From the NCBI GenBank assembly GCA_964007735.1, contig CAXGAI010000011.1, forward strand, positions 1-64,000: DNA of 64,000 nucleotides, in the 5' to 3' direction. The DNA is from an uncultured Rhodopirellula sp. (lineage in GTDB: Bacteria > Planctomycetota > Planctomycetia > Pirellulales > Pirellulaceae). Of the stretch, positions 54,901-63,157 are shown one piece after another. The translations under genes were made by a program, and so were the position numbers. Each line of letters starts with the position of its first letter. Position 1 is the stretch's first letter. The notes beneath the pieces are model-generated. The model ran no database searches. It saw only the letters and a list, made by a program, of their open reading frames with translations, and had not been told where the DNA came from.

Positions 54901-56067
54901 TTCCAAGTCTTCAGATATCGTCAGTGCTATCTGGCCCTGCCGCCAAATCCCATTAACGACACTCATCAATGGCAAGGCCTGAGGCTGCAATGGTAGAAAT
55001 TTGGCGACGGCCACGACCTCCAGATTTACCACGCCTACCTGAGAATCCAAAGTGATCGACCAGCGATTCTCATCCGTCTCTGAGGGCGTGGGGTTCAATG
55101 CCTGCCCTTGAGTCGACACCCGAACCAGTTCCAGTTCCGGTGAGAGCTGGAAAGACAGTGATTGCCGCTGAGCATTCACTGAATCCAATGTCAAACGGCT
55201 CACTAATTCGAGTCCGTCTCGTTCAAACGAGTACTGCAAGTCCTGACTGTAAAACAACACATTGGCATTACTGCGCAGCGCATCCCCTGATAAAACGGTA
55301 AGAGTTGTTTTAGATTGACTTCCGAGTTGGATTACCCACCGAATATTTTCTTCGGCCAAGTCCGGCAAACCTTCTACCGGCAAATCCAAGTCTTCTTTGT
55401 CAGGAGCCCAAACGATTCCGCTGGATGATCTCAGTAACACCTCACTTGGCAAATCCAAAATCAAGTAGCTTGATTCACTTTGGGGAACCTCAAAATTGAA
55501 CTTTCGCTCACTTTCTATTACGGCATCCCCTTTTAAGCTCCAATTAAAATTGAGCTCCCCTGGACCATTCAACCGTAACAACGGTATGTTTCGCTCGGTC
55601 ACACCGCAGATCGCCCGCACACTTGCCGCCGGGGCGTCTGCGGTTGCTTTGACAACCCACTGGGGTGTTTCTAACGCTACTGACAATGGTAAAAGAGGTA
55701 TGAGTCCCTGTTCATCGGGGTCAGCATCGATGCTCAGCACCGCTCGTCCGTCTATGATCTGTCCGCCCTGCACACGTCCGTAATACATCGACTGACGGAT
55801 ATAACCTCCCTGACGAAATTCCGGTAATGCTTCCGTGCTCTGACGACTCAACCGATTAACCGCATTAATCATCTCTTCGAACTGAGATCTTAATAAAGGC
55901 ACAGTCCCCTCTAACACTTCATCGATATCGCCCTCATTTACTTTGACCTGACGGTAAATGAGTTCGTCAGGCTGAGGTGAGAAAGAAGGTTGCTGAGATA
56001 GACCAGGCGATCCGCACAAAAACAGCACGGACAATCCAAGAACGAATTGAGTTCCTAGTCGGTTCAC
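48982..56067 (-). CDS. Giant (2361 aa) exported multi-pass membrane protein of unknown function
   Basis: Uninterrupted ORF; signal peptide; internal 3-TM bundle plus signal-like helix near aa 1165-1275; C-terminal 3-TM bundle. Confidence 0.85.
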   Translation of the reverse strand: MNRLGTQFVLGLSVLFLCGSPGLSQQPSFSPQPDELIYRQVKVNEGDIDEVLEGTVPLLRSQFEEMINAVNRLSRQSTEALPEFRQGGYIRQSMYYGRVQGGQIIDGRAVLSIDADPDEQGLIPLLPLSVALETPQWVVKATADAPAASVRAICGVTERNIPLLRLNGPGELNFNWSLKGDAVIESERKFNFEVPQSESSYLILDLPSEVLLRSSSGIVWAPDKEDLDLPVEGLPDLAEENIRWVIQLGSQSKTTLTVLSGDALRSNANVLFYSQDLQYSFERDGLELVSRLTLDSVNAQRQSLSFQLSPELELVRVSTQGQALNPTPSETDENRWSITLDSQVGVVNLEVVAVAKFLPLQPQALPLMSVVNGIWRQGQIALTISEDLELYRLDVRGAIESRIEFAGSLKRRVLEMFDPNPHIVVVAGHQETELHISQVSRYEFVDNRVDLQTEIRMTAASEPLHQLHLEITEGWELKSVTLAGKDFGSQQFIPRVVQLEQGGLRVHQINLQGGVESGQTVTLRLNLSYQLKGKILSGELLHVISYPNIAESILQLKKVVLQQHILGLTAEQPNVLQVLGLGGLPFSRLDPASEQVSAEPLLRDVGIVFDSTSRLLGLQISSVSAAQAFEAELETDVTVLDVVTEETRIDVSPLGTPVKQVVVYSSGLSPMDMQWRLEENSDSLVQFEEISNVSLTEEDGWLRWQIDLVEARVTSFKLIGTRSFSPEQFVRLPLYRVDGAQSFSGSVEIGWSEDIAVEVSREPSMERVLPERLRRQATVFCQAFEYGLPIGTPPQVSITSDSELQGHVIWNAHVHSKYLVHGFSSHELRYVVERSGLKDLEVDLPPQVEVESVWVDGQRIYLASIRSSGSPSQLRIPLETESRFARVRIRFKTTSDALGFRTELQKPLPLVNAEILQSYWSVAVPPGFELASRSTEYSVATRLFGPWLKHDQLNISPRYASRSQADNSLERKTAEVTSLLERAAAIRRNSEASPQLTWASWLRNVQFLLSEEFEGLELAVDVVALDALGIDPMTQLSSDVNEAIGTSAIQWLHNAGLALVRDDSRLILSSDRWIDVDALSTGRVIVVSDRLRPVFTTYELAGGSVVQLEDWVLGRRVLSLLSEREVRQLHETLRQDLMWTYESGVKQADAGISLVVYNKASLVTAAWASLVIWIGLLLWLSRRYWKLSFLLPGIMAAFTMFVDEAFVEFGAQAFVASLAVTVCTIVSRMKAVLIVRKADSDLEFDLQSRPGLAAPLLVLAFVVFSSLDSQAYQQPEESLSPQEVNQEQNNKIPVVHSVYLPVDDDGSDAGEYLYVVDEFYQKLTKWYTRADQPTENWLISQAQYQVNWITDTPDGDTVYPALQITYQMELGADVEQITLPFDAQQVEIQSVTIEGEATEYQFQADRKAVQIKVSQEGPVTVEIELEPVVQTVSDVQRFEIDIPGVPEATVETSPVSEEHKVLFLGVQGRTRVDALGGRLVAALGSTRRMGVIWGGGDVEIAGASVLESQEYYWLKIAPHSVVVDVRMKVDVVAGTTQQFSINVDPRLRLLPIRPGQMIVSNPRIRDGETKTLYFSLQRPVSDSFEVQLSFYLEDVSGIGNVPVPEVTPVVQRRRERWLALSVEPDLTWHSPLTTVSDDLKQDLLSRWGAPDVPQAVYALSEIGSQPVEPITTLPRVVKSEVVQSSNLVVGFDQLLMLYHADLLIEDGLAFQQRYLVPKGFVIESATIHQDGVVLDASVQHSTDGYLSVFTDDGITGEVTFELRGRLPLDYLSSGEQRSQVRTLSIPTITHEGGIVINDNINVIQQAGSLVRILSDEDLDLEPGSYVESLGGRLLASFDSSLAASQCTIRILRNKQSFRGAASGGFGQENGKRTFEVTADLKVTEGAVDQIRLQLQNLKFQQVQELSGNYVVEFLQNGPESYLFTLRPMQLIVDSVQFRLKFELEETDGILALPGFEFANNPRGNVQQFFYAPDSIDEQQVEWESVGAQRISQWSTNVIPEVVNSKSHAVFLGTNETEIRSEAFFQSSSKLEVEVASYELAVIDPEHIVGVATFYVLPIPGKDLTLVWPEMWNLENAAVQGTPVVSEVMAVQVSTSEQQRRVVIPLLSDRQYQQVDVVFTLESERALVGGRSLLMLPVPESEVLKSTIEILASDADYKGLQFDSDNVQPDSLAAVFSHQVAWGQKSVLRQIAGNFEVSDSLSREQEYWQKYQNRLQLLQDLADRSPQNLELSGLPQVDFGYRDYQLLQAPGIRLAGHTSGALSQVLIRSQLHTSSVLIWWQLSVILGVLLISGFVYVLTERGWLASWVSHAPMSPLVLLGVIWWTFFTPQLVGVVLIVMALVGLLLPDRRFIKVRFHGLKVN

Positions 56068-56069
56068 AA

Positions 56070-59000
56070 TTACGCCTTTTGCTGTTGCGAGTCATCATCA
56101 ACCGAAGAGCCTGCGATAGATGATTCAAGTTTAAGAAGTGAAATAGCTGCCGAATTGGTATCCTGCTGAATACTAGTGCGATGAATCGCCCGACTCCCCT
56201 GGCCCGGACCAGCCACAATCCAGTCCAACATTCTCGACAGGATAACCAGCAGGCCACCTAGAAAAGATGCTTGCAATACCAGCAACATCAACTCGGGAAT
56301 CCATACAGCAGCAAGTGCTGCGAGTAAGCCAACACTAAAGATTACCATCGGCTGTTGCATAAAATTCAAACGTAGAATTGCCAGGCCAACAATTAGAACC
56401 AACCCCGACAGCCAAAACAGCAAGGTCGAACGGCCGGTAATCGATGCTTTGAGAGTGGTCACTTCACCAACGGTAGAAAGCAAATACTGGTTCGTATTTT
56501 CAGGCAACGCTAATTGAACGTTCACTCCGACCCAGGACTCTAGATCCGACTGTTCCAATGCTGAATCTCTAAACCAGTAAAATCCGGACCAGGCCCAGTC
56601 ATACTCGGGCGTCCAGCCCCGTGGGCTTCCCAACAAATGCTGATCGTTCGTGGTAACTACTTGCCAATAAGTAGAGCCGCTCATTTTTGAATTGATCACC
56701 TGTGGCAGCGGCAACTCCAAACTTTTGGAATCAAAGTCTAATCGCATATACCAAAGTTCAATTCGATAATCTGATTCAACATTCGCCGCAGACAAACGAA
56801 CCGTCAATTTCCCCTGCGAATCTAACACCACTTGTTCGACCGGAACACGTTGATTGTTCACAGCCACAATCAATGTTGCCGGATCCACAAACCTAACCGG
56901 AAATTGGATTTGCAGATCGGTTTCATTGGTTCTGGTCAGCAGTGACATACGTTCGCGACACTGTCCATTCAACAGGGCTGTTTGGACCCATCGTCGTTGG
57001 ATCAAAGTGGAGGTTCGCGTGACATCCCGACGCATTCGCATTTGCACGGGCAAGTTCGTCGCCTCTTCTGAGGCCTGCAATCGCAGGCTGTCGGTACCCG
57101 TTTCTTCCGAGGCCACACCTCGCCCAACCTGCCATACATCTCCGGCGGGCTCACTTATAAAAATATCCTGTGTGTTAATAGCAACTTGATTCTGAACCAA
57201 TCTCACTTCGTCAGTCATCGGTGAGACCAGCAGGAAGTTCACTCGTTGTGAGGAGTCCGCCATCAGAAGCGGCAACTGTTCTTGATAACGCAACATAATG
57301 GTCAGCGCACCACGGTATTCCGCCAGCAGATCAACTGTCACCTGCTCAATTTCTAATTGTTCTCTAACGTCATCTACCTGGATTGAACTCGGAACAACAC
57401 TCCAAGGCAACACACTACTACCACTACCGTCTTCACCTGTCGAGTTCTCTAGTTGCAGGAAAACTTTCAAGTTCTCCGGCCGCCTTACGATCCCCGGAAC
57501 TTTCAAGTTGATTTGTCGAATAGGTTCATAGGCAATTTGATAGTCCAAAACCTGTTCAAAGGCTGCAAACTTCTCTTCCAGTTGGATGGTGGTGCTCGAA
57601 GCTACCAAAACACTTCGTTGTCGGACTCCGATGGTTCCTACAAATCTTATCGGCTCACCTTCGGCTAAGTTTGGTAAGGAGTTGAAAACCAATGGTGTTT
57701 GCTGGTATTCGGGCAAATCCACCTCTATCATGTCACCTAAACTTCCAGCTAAAAGCCCCTCAATATTTTCCGAATCCGGAACAAGCTCAACGTTATCCGC
57801 AGGTTGTAAAACAACGGTCTGGGCCCCTCGTAAAATACTTGCGTTCTTCTCACTTGAGGCCACTATCTGTGGGACTGCCAAGTTCAGAACTCGGTCAGTT
57901 TCATTCGAGATCTCTGGCAATTGCCGTCTTGCTCGAATGATGACATCAAATTCCCCCCGGGAATCTGTATCTGCTGTCGAGACTTGAAAGTCTAGCCGCC
58001 CATCGACCAGTTCTGCGTTGACTAACTGCAACGAATCATCAACACTCTGAAACACCTGATCCAATTCCCAACCCAGCCAATTTCCAGAAATCTGGTACTG
58101 CCCTGTTCCGGAGTAAATACACCGTAAGGTCGCCGTCATACGAATTTGAGTTGGAGAAACCTCCAACAAATATGTCGGTCCCACACGAAATTGATTTTCA
58201 CGCTCCTGTAGGACTCCGACTAGTGTGTAAGCGACGTTGTAATACTCAAAGTCAAACTGTTGAATACCCGGGCTACCTGTAGCTCCTTCGAAAATACGGG
58301 GCATACGACGCATATCACCACTTAACTGCCAAACCACATCCCAGTTGGAAGTCGTACTGATACTCAGTTTCCCTGACTGCTTTACCGCACCGACCACCTC
58401 AAATCCATTGAACGACTGACTAGGATCCATTTCCGTTTCGTCGTAGGCCAATTCAGCCTCCAGCAAGACGGTGACACTTGGTTGTGGGCGCACAATACTA
58501 ACCCTCACCTTTTCACGTTTCGTGTCAGGCTCATCTTCGGCAACGGGAATTCTCGAGACACGAAACACTTGGCTTGGCAGGTCAATCAATGACATACCAG
58601 AAGGAAGCAAAACTTCAAAATCAGTCACATTACTACCAAGGCCTCCCACCTTGAAAACACCGCGAGCACTGACATTCCGATTCTGATGCACCGCGAAGCT
58701 GGTTTCCACCGATGCCTGAAGCCTTGCTAGCTGTTGTGCAGATACAGCAGTTTCCGTACTCCATCCAAATACCAACTCTTCACTCTGAAAATCAAAAGCA
58801 AACGAGGTTGTTGCATTGCCATTATTGGAAGTCCTTACGTCTAGCTCACCCCCGACTGCCTGAGCTTTGGAAACTGGCACCACTAATTGTCGAAATTGAC
58901 TACGCGCTGCCGGTATCTTCAATATGAGTTCGGTAACCTGCCCTGTTGATCGCAATGGACGAGTAAGATTGAGGGTAATTACATGCTGGCTGTTGATATC

Positions 59001-59573
59001 ACCACGCAACCACACCACATGCCCCAACTGACTGTCCCAAGTAACGAAGAATTTCCCGGCCCCTGAATACTTAGGAGCTGCTCTCATCACCGACTGTGGA
59101 AGCCGCAATGGCACCTTGACCCATTGCTCCTTAGCAGGTTGAATCAACTGCACTCTGAATTCTGCGGTAAATACTAGGTGAGTCTCAGTCGTCCGTCCGG
59201 AATAAACTGCCTGATCGAGAGTGAAATCTGGAGGTGTATTATCATCCTCCACATCATTCTGCTGATTGTAGATCCTCAGGTATTCTTCAAGTGAAAGATT
59301 TGTGGCCACTTTGACAAGATTACCATTCTTGTCACGCAGCAGTATGATTTCGGTAGGTGCTTTCCTTACAACTCCAATCTTCTCTTCTGATTCCCCCGCT
59401 GCTCCGTCACTCTGTTGAGCCGACGCAATCGCAGGAAACAAAACTGCCAGCAAGACTAGGCAGATTCTCTTGGCCGAAATATGTAAGCATACTGAAGCTT
59501 TATACTTGGACACGGCGCAATAAGAGTGCGCATCATCACGTATATGATTCCAATGTTGCATTGGCCAACCCAA
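56070..59573 (-). CDS. Large exported membrane-anchored protein of unknown function (start uncertain)
   Basis: Signal-like KRICLVLLAVLFPAIASAQQ; beta-rich body; three C-terminal TMs; stop is 2 nt before the next gene. Confidence 0.85.
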   Translation of the reverse strand: MGWPMQHWNHIRDDAHSYCAVSKYKASVCLHISAKRICLVLLAVLFPAIASAQQSDGAAGESEEKIGVVRKAPTEIILLRDKNGNLVKVATNLSLEEYLRIYNQQNDVEDDNTPPDFTLDQAVYSGRTTETHLVFTAEFRVQLIQPAKEQWVKVPLRLPQSVMRAAPKYSGAGKFFVTWDSQLGHVVWLRGDINSQHVITLNLTRPLRSTGQVTELILKIPAARSQFRQLVVPVSKAQAVGGELDVRTSNNGNATTSFAFDFQSEELVFGWSTETAVSAQQLARLQASVETSFAVHQNRNVSARGVFKVGGLGSNVTDFEVLLPSGMSLIDLPSQVFRVSRIPVAEDEPDTKREKVRVSIVRPQPSVTVLLEAELAYDETEMDPSQSFNGFEVVGAVKQSGKLSISTTSNWDVVWQLSGDMRRMPRIFEGATGSPGIQQFDFEYYNVAYTLVGVLQERENQFRVGPTYLLEVSPTQIRMTATLRCIYSGTGQYQISGNWLGWELDQVFQSVDDSLQLVNAELVDGRLDFQVSTADTDSRGEFDVIIRARRQLPEISNETDRVLNLAVPQIVASSEKNASILRGAQTVVLQPADNVELVPDSENIEGLLAGSLGDMIEVDLPEYQQTPLVFNSLPNLAEGEPIRFVGTIGVRQRSVLVASSTTIQLEEKFAAFEQVLDYQIAYEPIRQINLKVPGIVRRPENLKVFLQLENSTGEDGSGSSVLPWSVVPSSIQVDDVREQLEIEQVTVDLLAEYRGALTIMLRYQEQLPLLMADSSQRVNFLLVSPMTDEVRLVQNQVAINTQDIFISEPAGDVWQVGRGVASEETGTDSLRLQASEEATNLPVQMRMRRDVTRTSTLIQRRWVQTALLNGQCRERMSLLTRTNETDLQIQFPVRFVDPATLIVAVNNQRVPVEQVVLDSQGKLTVRLSAANVESDYRIELWYMRLDFDSKSLELPLPQVINSKMSGSTYWQVVTTNDQHLLGSPRGWTPEYDWAWSGFYWFRDSALEQSDLESWVGVNVQLALPENTNQYLLSTVGEVTTLKASITGRSTLLFWLSGLVLIVGLAILRLNFMQQPMVIFSVGLLAALAAVWIPELMLLVLQASFLGGLLVILSRMLDWIVAGPGQGSRAIHRTSIQQDTNSAAISLLKLESSIAGSSVDDDSQQQKA

Positions 59574-59612
59574 TAACTATTTAAGAAAAGACCTGCGATT
59601 ACAGGTTCATAT

Positions 59613-59640
59613 ATTTTAAATTGCCCCGTCAAGTTATCAA
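59613..59640 (-). promoter_or_regulatory. Candidate sigma70 promoter for the giant-gene pair
   Basis: Minus strand TTGATA-N16-TAAAAT. Confidence 0.35.
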
Positions 59641-59666
59641 TAAAGAATAATGCTTTCCCCGGCAGT

Positions 59667-60482
59667 TTACGGACGGTTGAGCACATCAAACATCTGTTTA
59701 TGCAGTTTTTCCGTGGCTGCTGCGATAAACTTTGCCTCTTGTATTTTTAATGGCTGGCCATCCATAGACGTTATAGTTCCCCCAGCTTCCCTAACTATCA
59801 ATACACCAGCGGCAATATCCCAGATTTTGACGCTCGTTGCCCAGTATCCATCGAGCCCTCCCTGAGCCACATAACAAAGATTTAAGGCTGCCGACCCGAG
59901 ACGACGTAACGCCTGACACTCGTATAACATCTCGACCCATCGGTCTACTTCAGCCGATCCACGCTCGACACCTGCTGAGAAGCTAGCCGCAATTAATGAG
60001 CGTGCCAACTCATCCACTCCGCTGTTTTTGAGGGGCTTTCCATTGACTCTAGCACCTTCTCCAAGGCTAGCACTGTAACAATCATCCATAACAGGATCGT
60101 AAACTGCCGCTACGATCGGCTTGCCATAACTTAACAATGCAATGGACACGCTATAAGTCTGCAACTTGTGAACATAGTTTGCCGTCCCATCGAGTGGGTC
60201 AATCACCCAACAGTACTCAAGCTCTGACAGATCGGTAGATGACCCGACTGTCCTATCCAGTCCCGGCAAATCTGATTCGTCTGTCAAATCTTCTTCTCCC
60301 AGGAAATAGTCGTTCGGACGAACCTCAGCGATGATCCCGAGGATCTTCTTCTGCGATGCAACATCAGCTTCTGTCACCAGATCCTTGGGGGCCTTTTCAC
60401 GAGGGTTAATGGAATCCTGCATGGCGGCCAAAAGCTGACCTGCTTCTTTTGCAGCATTTATAGCTAAGGCTTCTAAATTCAT
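59667..60482 (-). CDS. suhB: Inositol monophosphatase family (SuhB-like)
   Basis: DLVTEAD, GEE, WVIDPLDGTANY, RRLGSAAL, WDIAAG. Confidence 0.88.
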   Translation of the reverse strand: MNLEALAINAAKEAGQLLAAMQDSINPREKAPKDLVTEADVASQKKILGIIAEVRPNDYFLGEEDLTDESDLPGLDRTVGSSTDLSELEYCWVIDPLDGTANYVHKLQTYSVSIALLSYGKPIVAAVYDPVMDDCYSASLGEGARVNGKPLKNSGVDELARSLIAASFSAGVERGSAEVDRWVEMLYECQALRRLGSAALNLCYVAQGGLDGYWATSVKIWDIAAGVLIVREAGGTITSMDGQPLKIQEAKFIAAATEKLHKQMFDVLNRP

Positions 60483-60812
60483 AAAAATTACCCTCTATAT
60501 CTATCCACTCTGAGTATCTTGGCCGAGTCGCCAAATGGGCAAACACGCAAACCAAATGTCCAATATACCCCATCCATCTGCAGACACCTATCACAGACAA
60601 ATACAGTCTATGGATATAGAAGTGATCACCTGCTACCCGCTGCTCTCTGTTCATTTTCCAAACATAAAACTGGACATCGGAATATCGGTTGTTATTATCG
60701 AGATAGATTCCTTTGCTAGGCGAGACTGTCATAGACAGTTATGGAATTCCCCAGTCATTCTAATGACTTCCATTGTAAATCGTGTTAGCAATTGGCCTCT
60801 TCTCTGTTCCGG

Positions 60813-60850
60813 CCCCGCCGCCATGCTTTGCATGCGGCGGGGTTATTTTA
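60813..60850 (+). terminator. Terminator-like GC hairpin within a divergent intergenic region
   Basis: CCCCGCCGC-c-ATGC-ttt-GCAT-GCGGCGGGG followed by TTATTTTA. Confidence 0.65.
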
Positions 60851-60968
60851 TGGATTCCCAACATCCCCCTACTACGATAATGGATGGTTGATGAGATCAA
60901 CCCTTTCAAACATAATTCAGTTCTGTATTTAGCCAAACGAGAACTGTCCCCTATCAGCGTAAAAGCAC

Positions 60969-61652
60969 ATGTGGCAAATCGAACAATCCAACGCCTCACT
61001 TCGCGCAAGTAATCTGCAATGTGAGATTGAACTTACCTCTCCTCAAAACGGGCTGCAAAACACACTCGCCTATCAGGAAGGTCTTGCAACTAATCAATTT
61101 ATTCAATTGAATCTAGGCCTCAACGAAGAAACTGTTACGGAAGCATACCAACGAGGCAACGATTTAATTGCACTCTATAGCAGTCAGCATCAACGAGAAG
61201 CGACACCTCATCTTTACTGGCGGTCCCTCGAGCAAGAAAACGCCGTCGGCATCGAAACAATCATTTCATTGCAGACCGATCTACTTGCCAGTCGATGTCC
61301 AATTCACTCTGTGACCAAACTAAATAACACGCTAGATGCTCAAGCACTCACAAGTAACCAGAAGTGGGTAGATGTTAAAGAAGCAAAAGAATTCAGAGCG
61401 ATTCTTGTCCAATTAAGTCCAGCTCTCACTTACCTGGAAATCGTTCACCCAACGGACCGGATGGACACAAATATGCAACGGGACGACACTTCTATCCGTT
61501 GGGAGCACGTCGTACTCGACCTGCAACTCGAAAAGGGAGTGATCCGACGAGCTCGACTGCAAAGTTGGTGGATTCAAAACGATTCAGAGCAAGCCCTAGC
61601 AAACAAACTCGTTGCCTCATTCATCGCCTCCGCTCCCCCACTGACAACCTAA
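60969..61652 (+). CDS. Hypothetical protein
   Basis: 227 aa ORF with motif-like segments AYQRGNDLIALY, LQTDLL, LEKGVIRRARL, PPLTT. Confidence 0.7.
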   Translation: MWQIEQSNASLRASNLQCEIELTSPQNGLQNTLAYQEGLATNQFIQLNLGLNEETVTEAYQRGNDLIALYSSQHQREATPHLYWRSLEQENAVGIETIISLQTDLLASRCPIHSVTKLNNTLDAQALTSNQKWVDVKEAKEFRAILVQLSPALTYLEIVHPTDRMDTNMQRDDTSIRWEHVVLDLQLEKGVIRRARLQSWWIQNDSEQALANKLVASFIASAPPLTT

Positions 61653-63121
61653 GCAATCAGCTTTTCCACAACTTTCCCGCCTTGGTCTGTCAAGCGGACA
61701 TTGAGTCCTTTAAATTCGTGCACCAGACGATGGTGATCGAAACCAAATAACTTCAGCGTTGTTGCATGAAAATCATTCACATGGACAGCGTCTTCGACAG
61801 GTGCCCATCCAATATCGTCAGTTTTACCAACGACCTGACCACCTTTAATACCTCCCCCAGCCATCCAAAGGCTGTAAGCATAAGGGTGATGGTCACGTCC
61901 GGTATTCTGTTTGTTACCACCTCGGTTTTCACCGAGAGGTGTACGACCAAACTCTCCGGCACAAATCACCAACGTGTCGTCCAGCATTCCACGCCGTTTT
62001 AGGTCTTTCAACAATCCAGCAACTGGCTGGTCTAGCATTCCAGCGTTATAGGAAATCTCCGCACTAAGATTACTGTGATGATCCCAGGAGGCGTGCATCA
62101 ACGTAACGAAGCGAACGCCCCGCTCAAGTAACCGGCGTGCCAGCAAACAGTTACGCGAAAATTGACCGTAAACATTAGCTCCACCACCGCGAAAGTTGTT
62201 CTTTTCAGGTTCTTTACGACCGACACCATATAGATCGAGGGTTTCCTGAGTCTCCCCCGTAACATCAATGAGCTCTGGAGCAGCCCTCTGCATACGAAAA
62301 GCCAGTTCATAAGAACTAATACGACTGGCAATCTCAGTATCCTGCTGTTCTTCCAATCGAATACGATTGAGTGAGTTGATCAGCCCCAAAGAATCTTTCT
62401 GCATTTCTCGCGTATAGCCATTCGGAGCATTGAGATTTAATACGGGCTCGCCATCACCACGGAAGACCACCCCTTCATAGGTTGACGGCAGGAAACCGCT
62501 GGTCCAGTTCGACACCCCACCAGAGCTACCGCGACCAGCTGACAAAACAACATAAGCCGGCAAATCATTCGTTTCACATCCAAGACCATACGTAAGCCAT
62601 GACCCCATACTTGGACGACCAAAACGAGGTACGCCTGTCGTCATCATAAGCTGAGCTGGATGATGATTAAAGGCATCCGTATGCATGCCACGCACAAGCG
62701 CAATATCATCAGCGCAGGAACCAATATGAGGCAACACGTCTGAAAGCTCCATTGCACAATCACCATATGGACGAAAGGTGCGATCGCTACCCATCAAAAT
62801 TGCACTTTCCTTTTTGATAAAAGCAAACCGCACTTTTTCAGTAAGTTCTTTTGGCAGTCCCTGCCCGTGACGTTCCTGAAGAACAGGCTTCGGATCGTAC
62901 AAGTCCACGTGACTGGGGGCACCGGCCAGAAACACAAAAATACATCGCTTCGCCCGGGGAGCAAAATGCCCAAATTTAGGTAGCAGTGGATTTGCCTCGT
63001 CGGCACCCAGCACTTCATCCCCCTGCAGTAAGGATGCCAGAGCCAGCCCCCCTAAACCACTGGAGGTCGATGTAAAGAAGTCCCGGCGACTTTGTTCTCT
63101 TAGTTTGCTATTAATATCCAT
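61649..63121 (-). CDS. DUF1501 family protein (Tat-like signal)
   Basis: SRRDFF; GAPSHVDLYDPKP; YELAFRMQ; LARRLLERGVRFV; WDHH; GEFGRTP; GRDHH. Confidence 0.92.
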   Translation of the reverse strand: MDINSKLREQSRRDFFTSTSSGLGGLALASLLQGDEVLGADEANPLLPKFGHFAPRAKRCIFVFLAGAPSHVDLYDPKPVLQERHGQGLPKELTEKVRFAFIKKESAILMGSDRTFRPYGDCAMELSDVLPHIGSCADDIALVRGMHTDAFNHHPAQLMMTTGVPRFGRPSMGSWLTYGLGCETNDLPAYVVLSAGRGSSGGVSNWTSGFLPSTYEGVVFRGDGEPVLNLNAPNGYTREMQKDSLGLINSLNRIRLEEQQDTEIASRISSYELAFRMQRAAPELIDVTGETQETLDLYGVGRKEPEKNNFRGGGANVYGQFSRNCLLARRLLERGVRFVTLMHASWDHHSNLSAEISYNAGMLDQPVAGLLKDLKRRGMLDDTLVICAGEFGRTPLGENRGGNKQNTGRDHHPYAYSLWMAGGGIKGGQVVGKTDDIGWAPVEDAVHVNDFHATTLKLFGFDHHRLVHEFKGLNVRLTDQGGKVVEKLIA

Positions 63122-63157
63122 GATCTATCTCATTAGAAACCGTTTCGATTTCTGGCT

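Noticed and set aside
60406..61008. Short ORFs (66-118 aa) between suhB and the 60969 gene
   Set aside because: Mutually overlapping, no recognisable motifs, and some run through the terminator hairpin.
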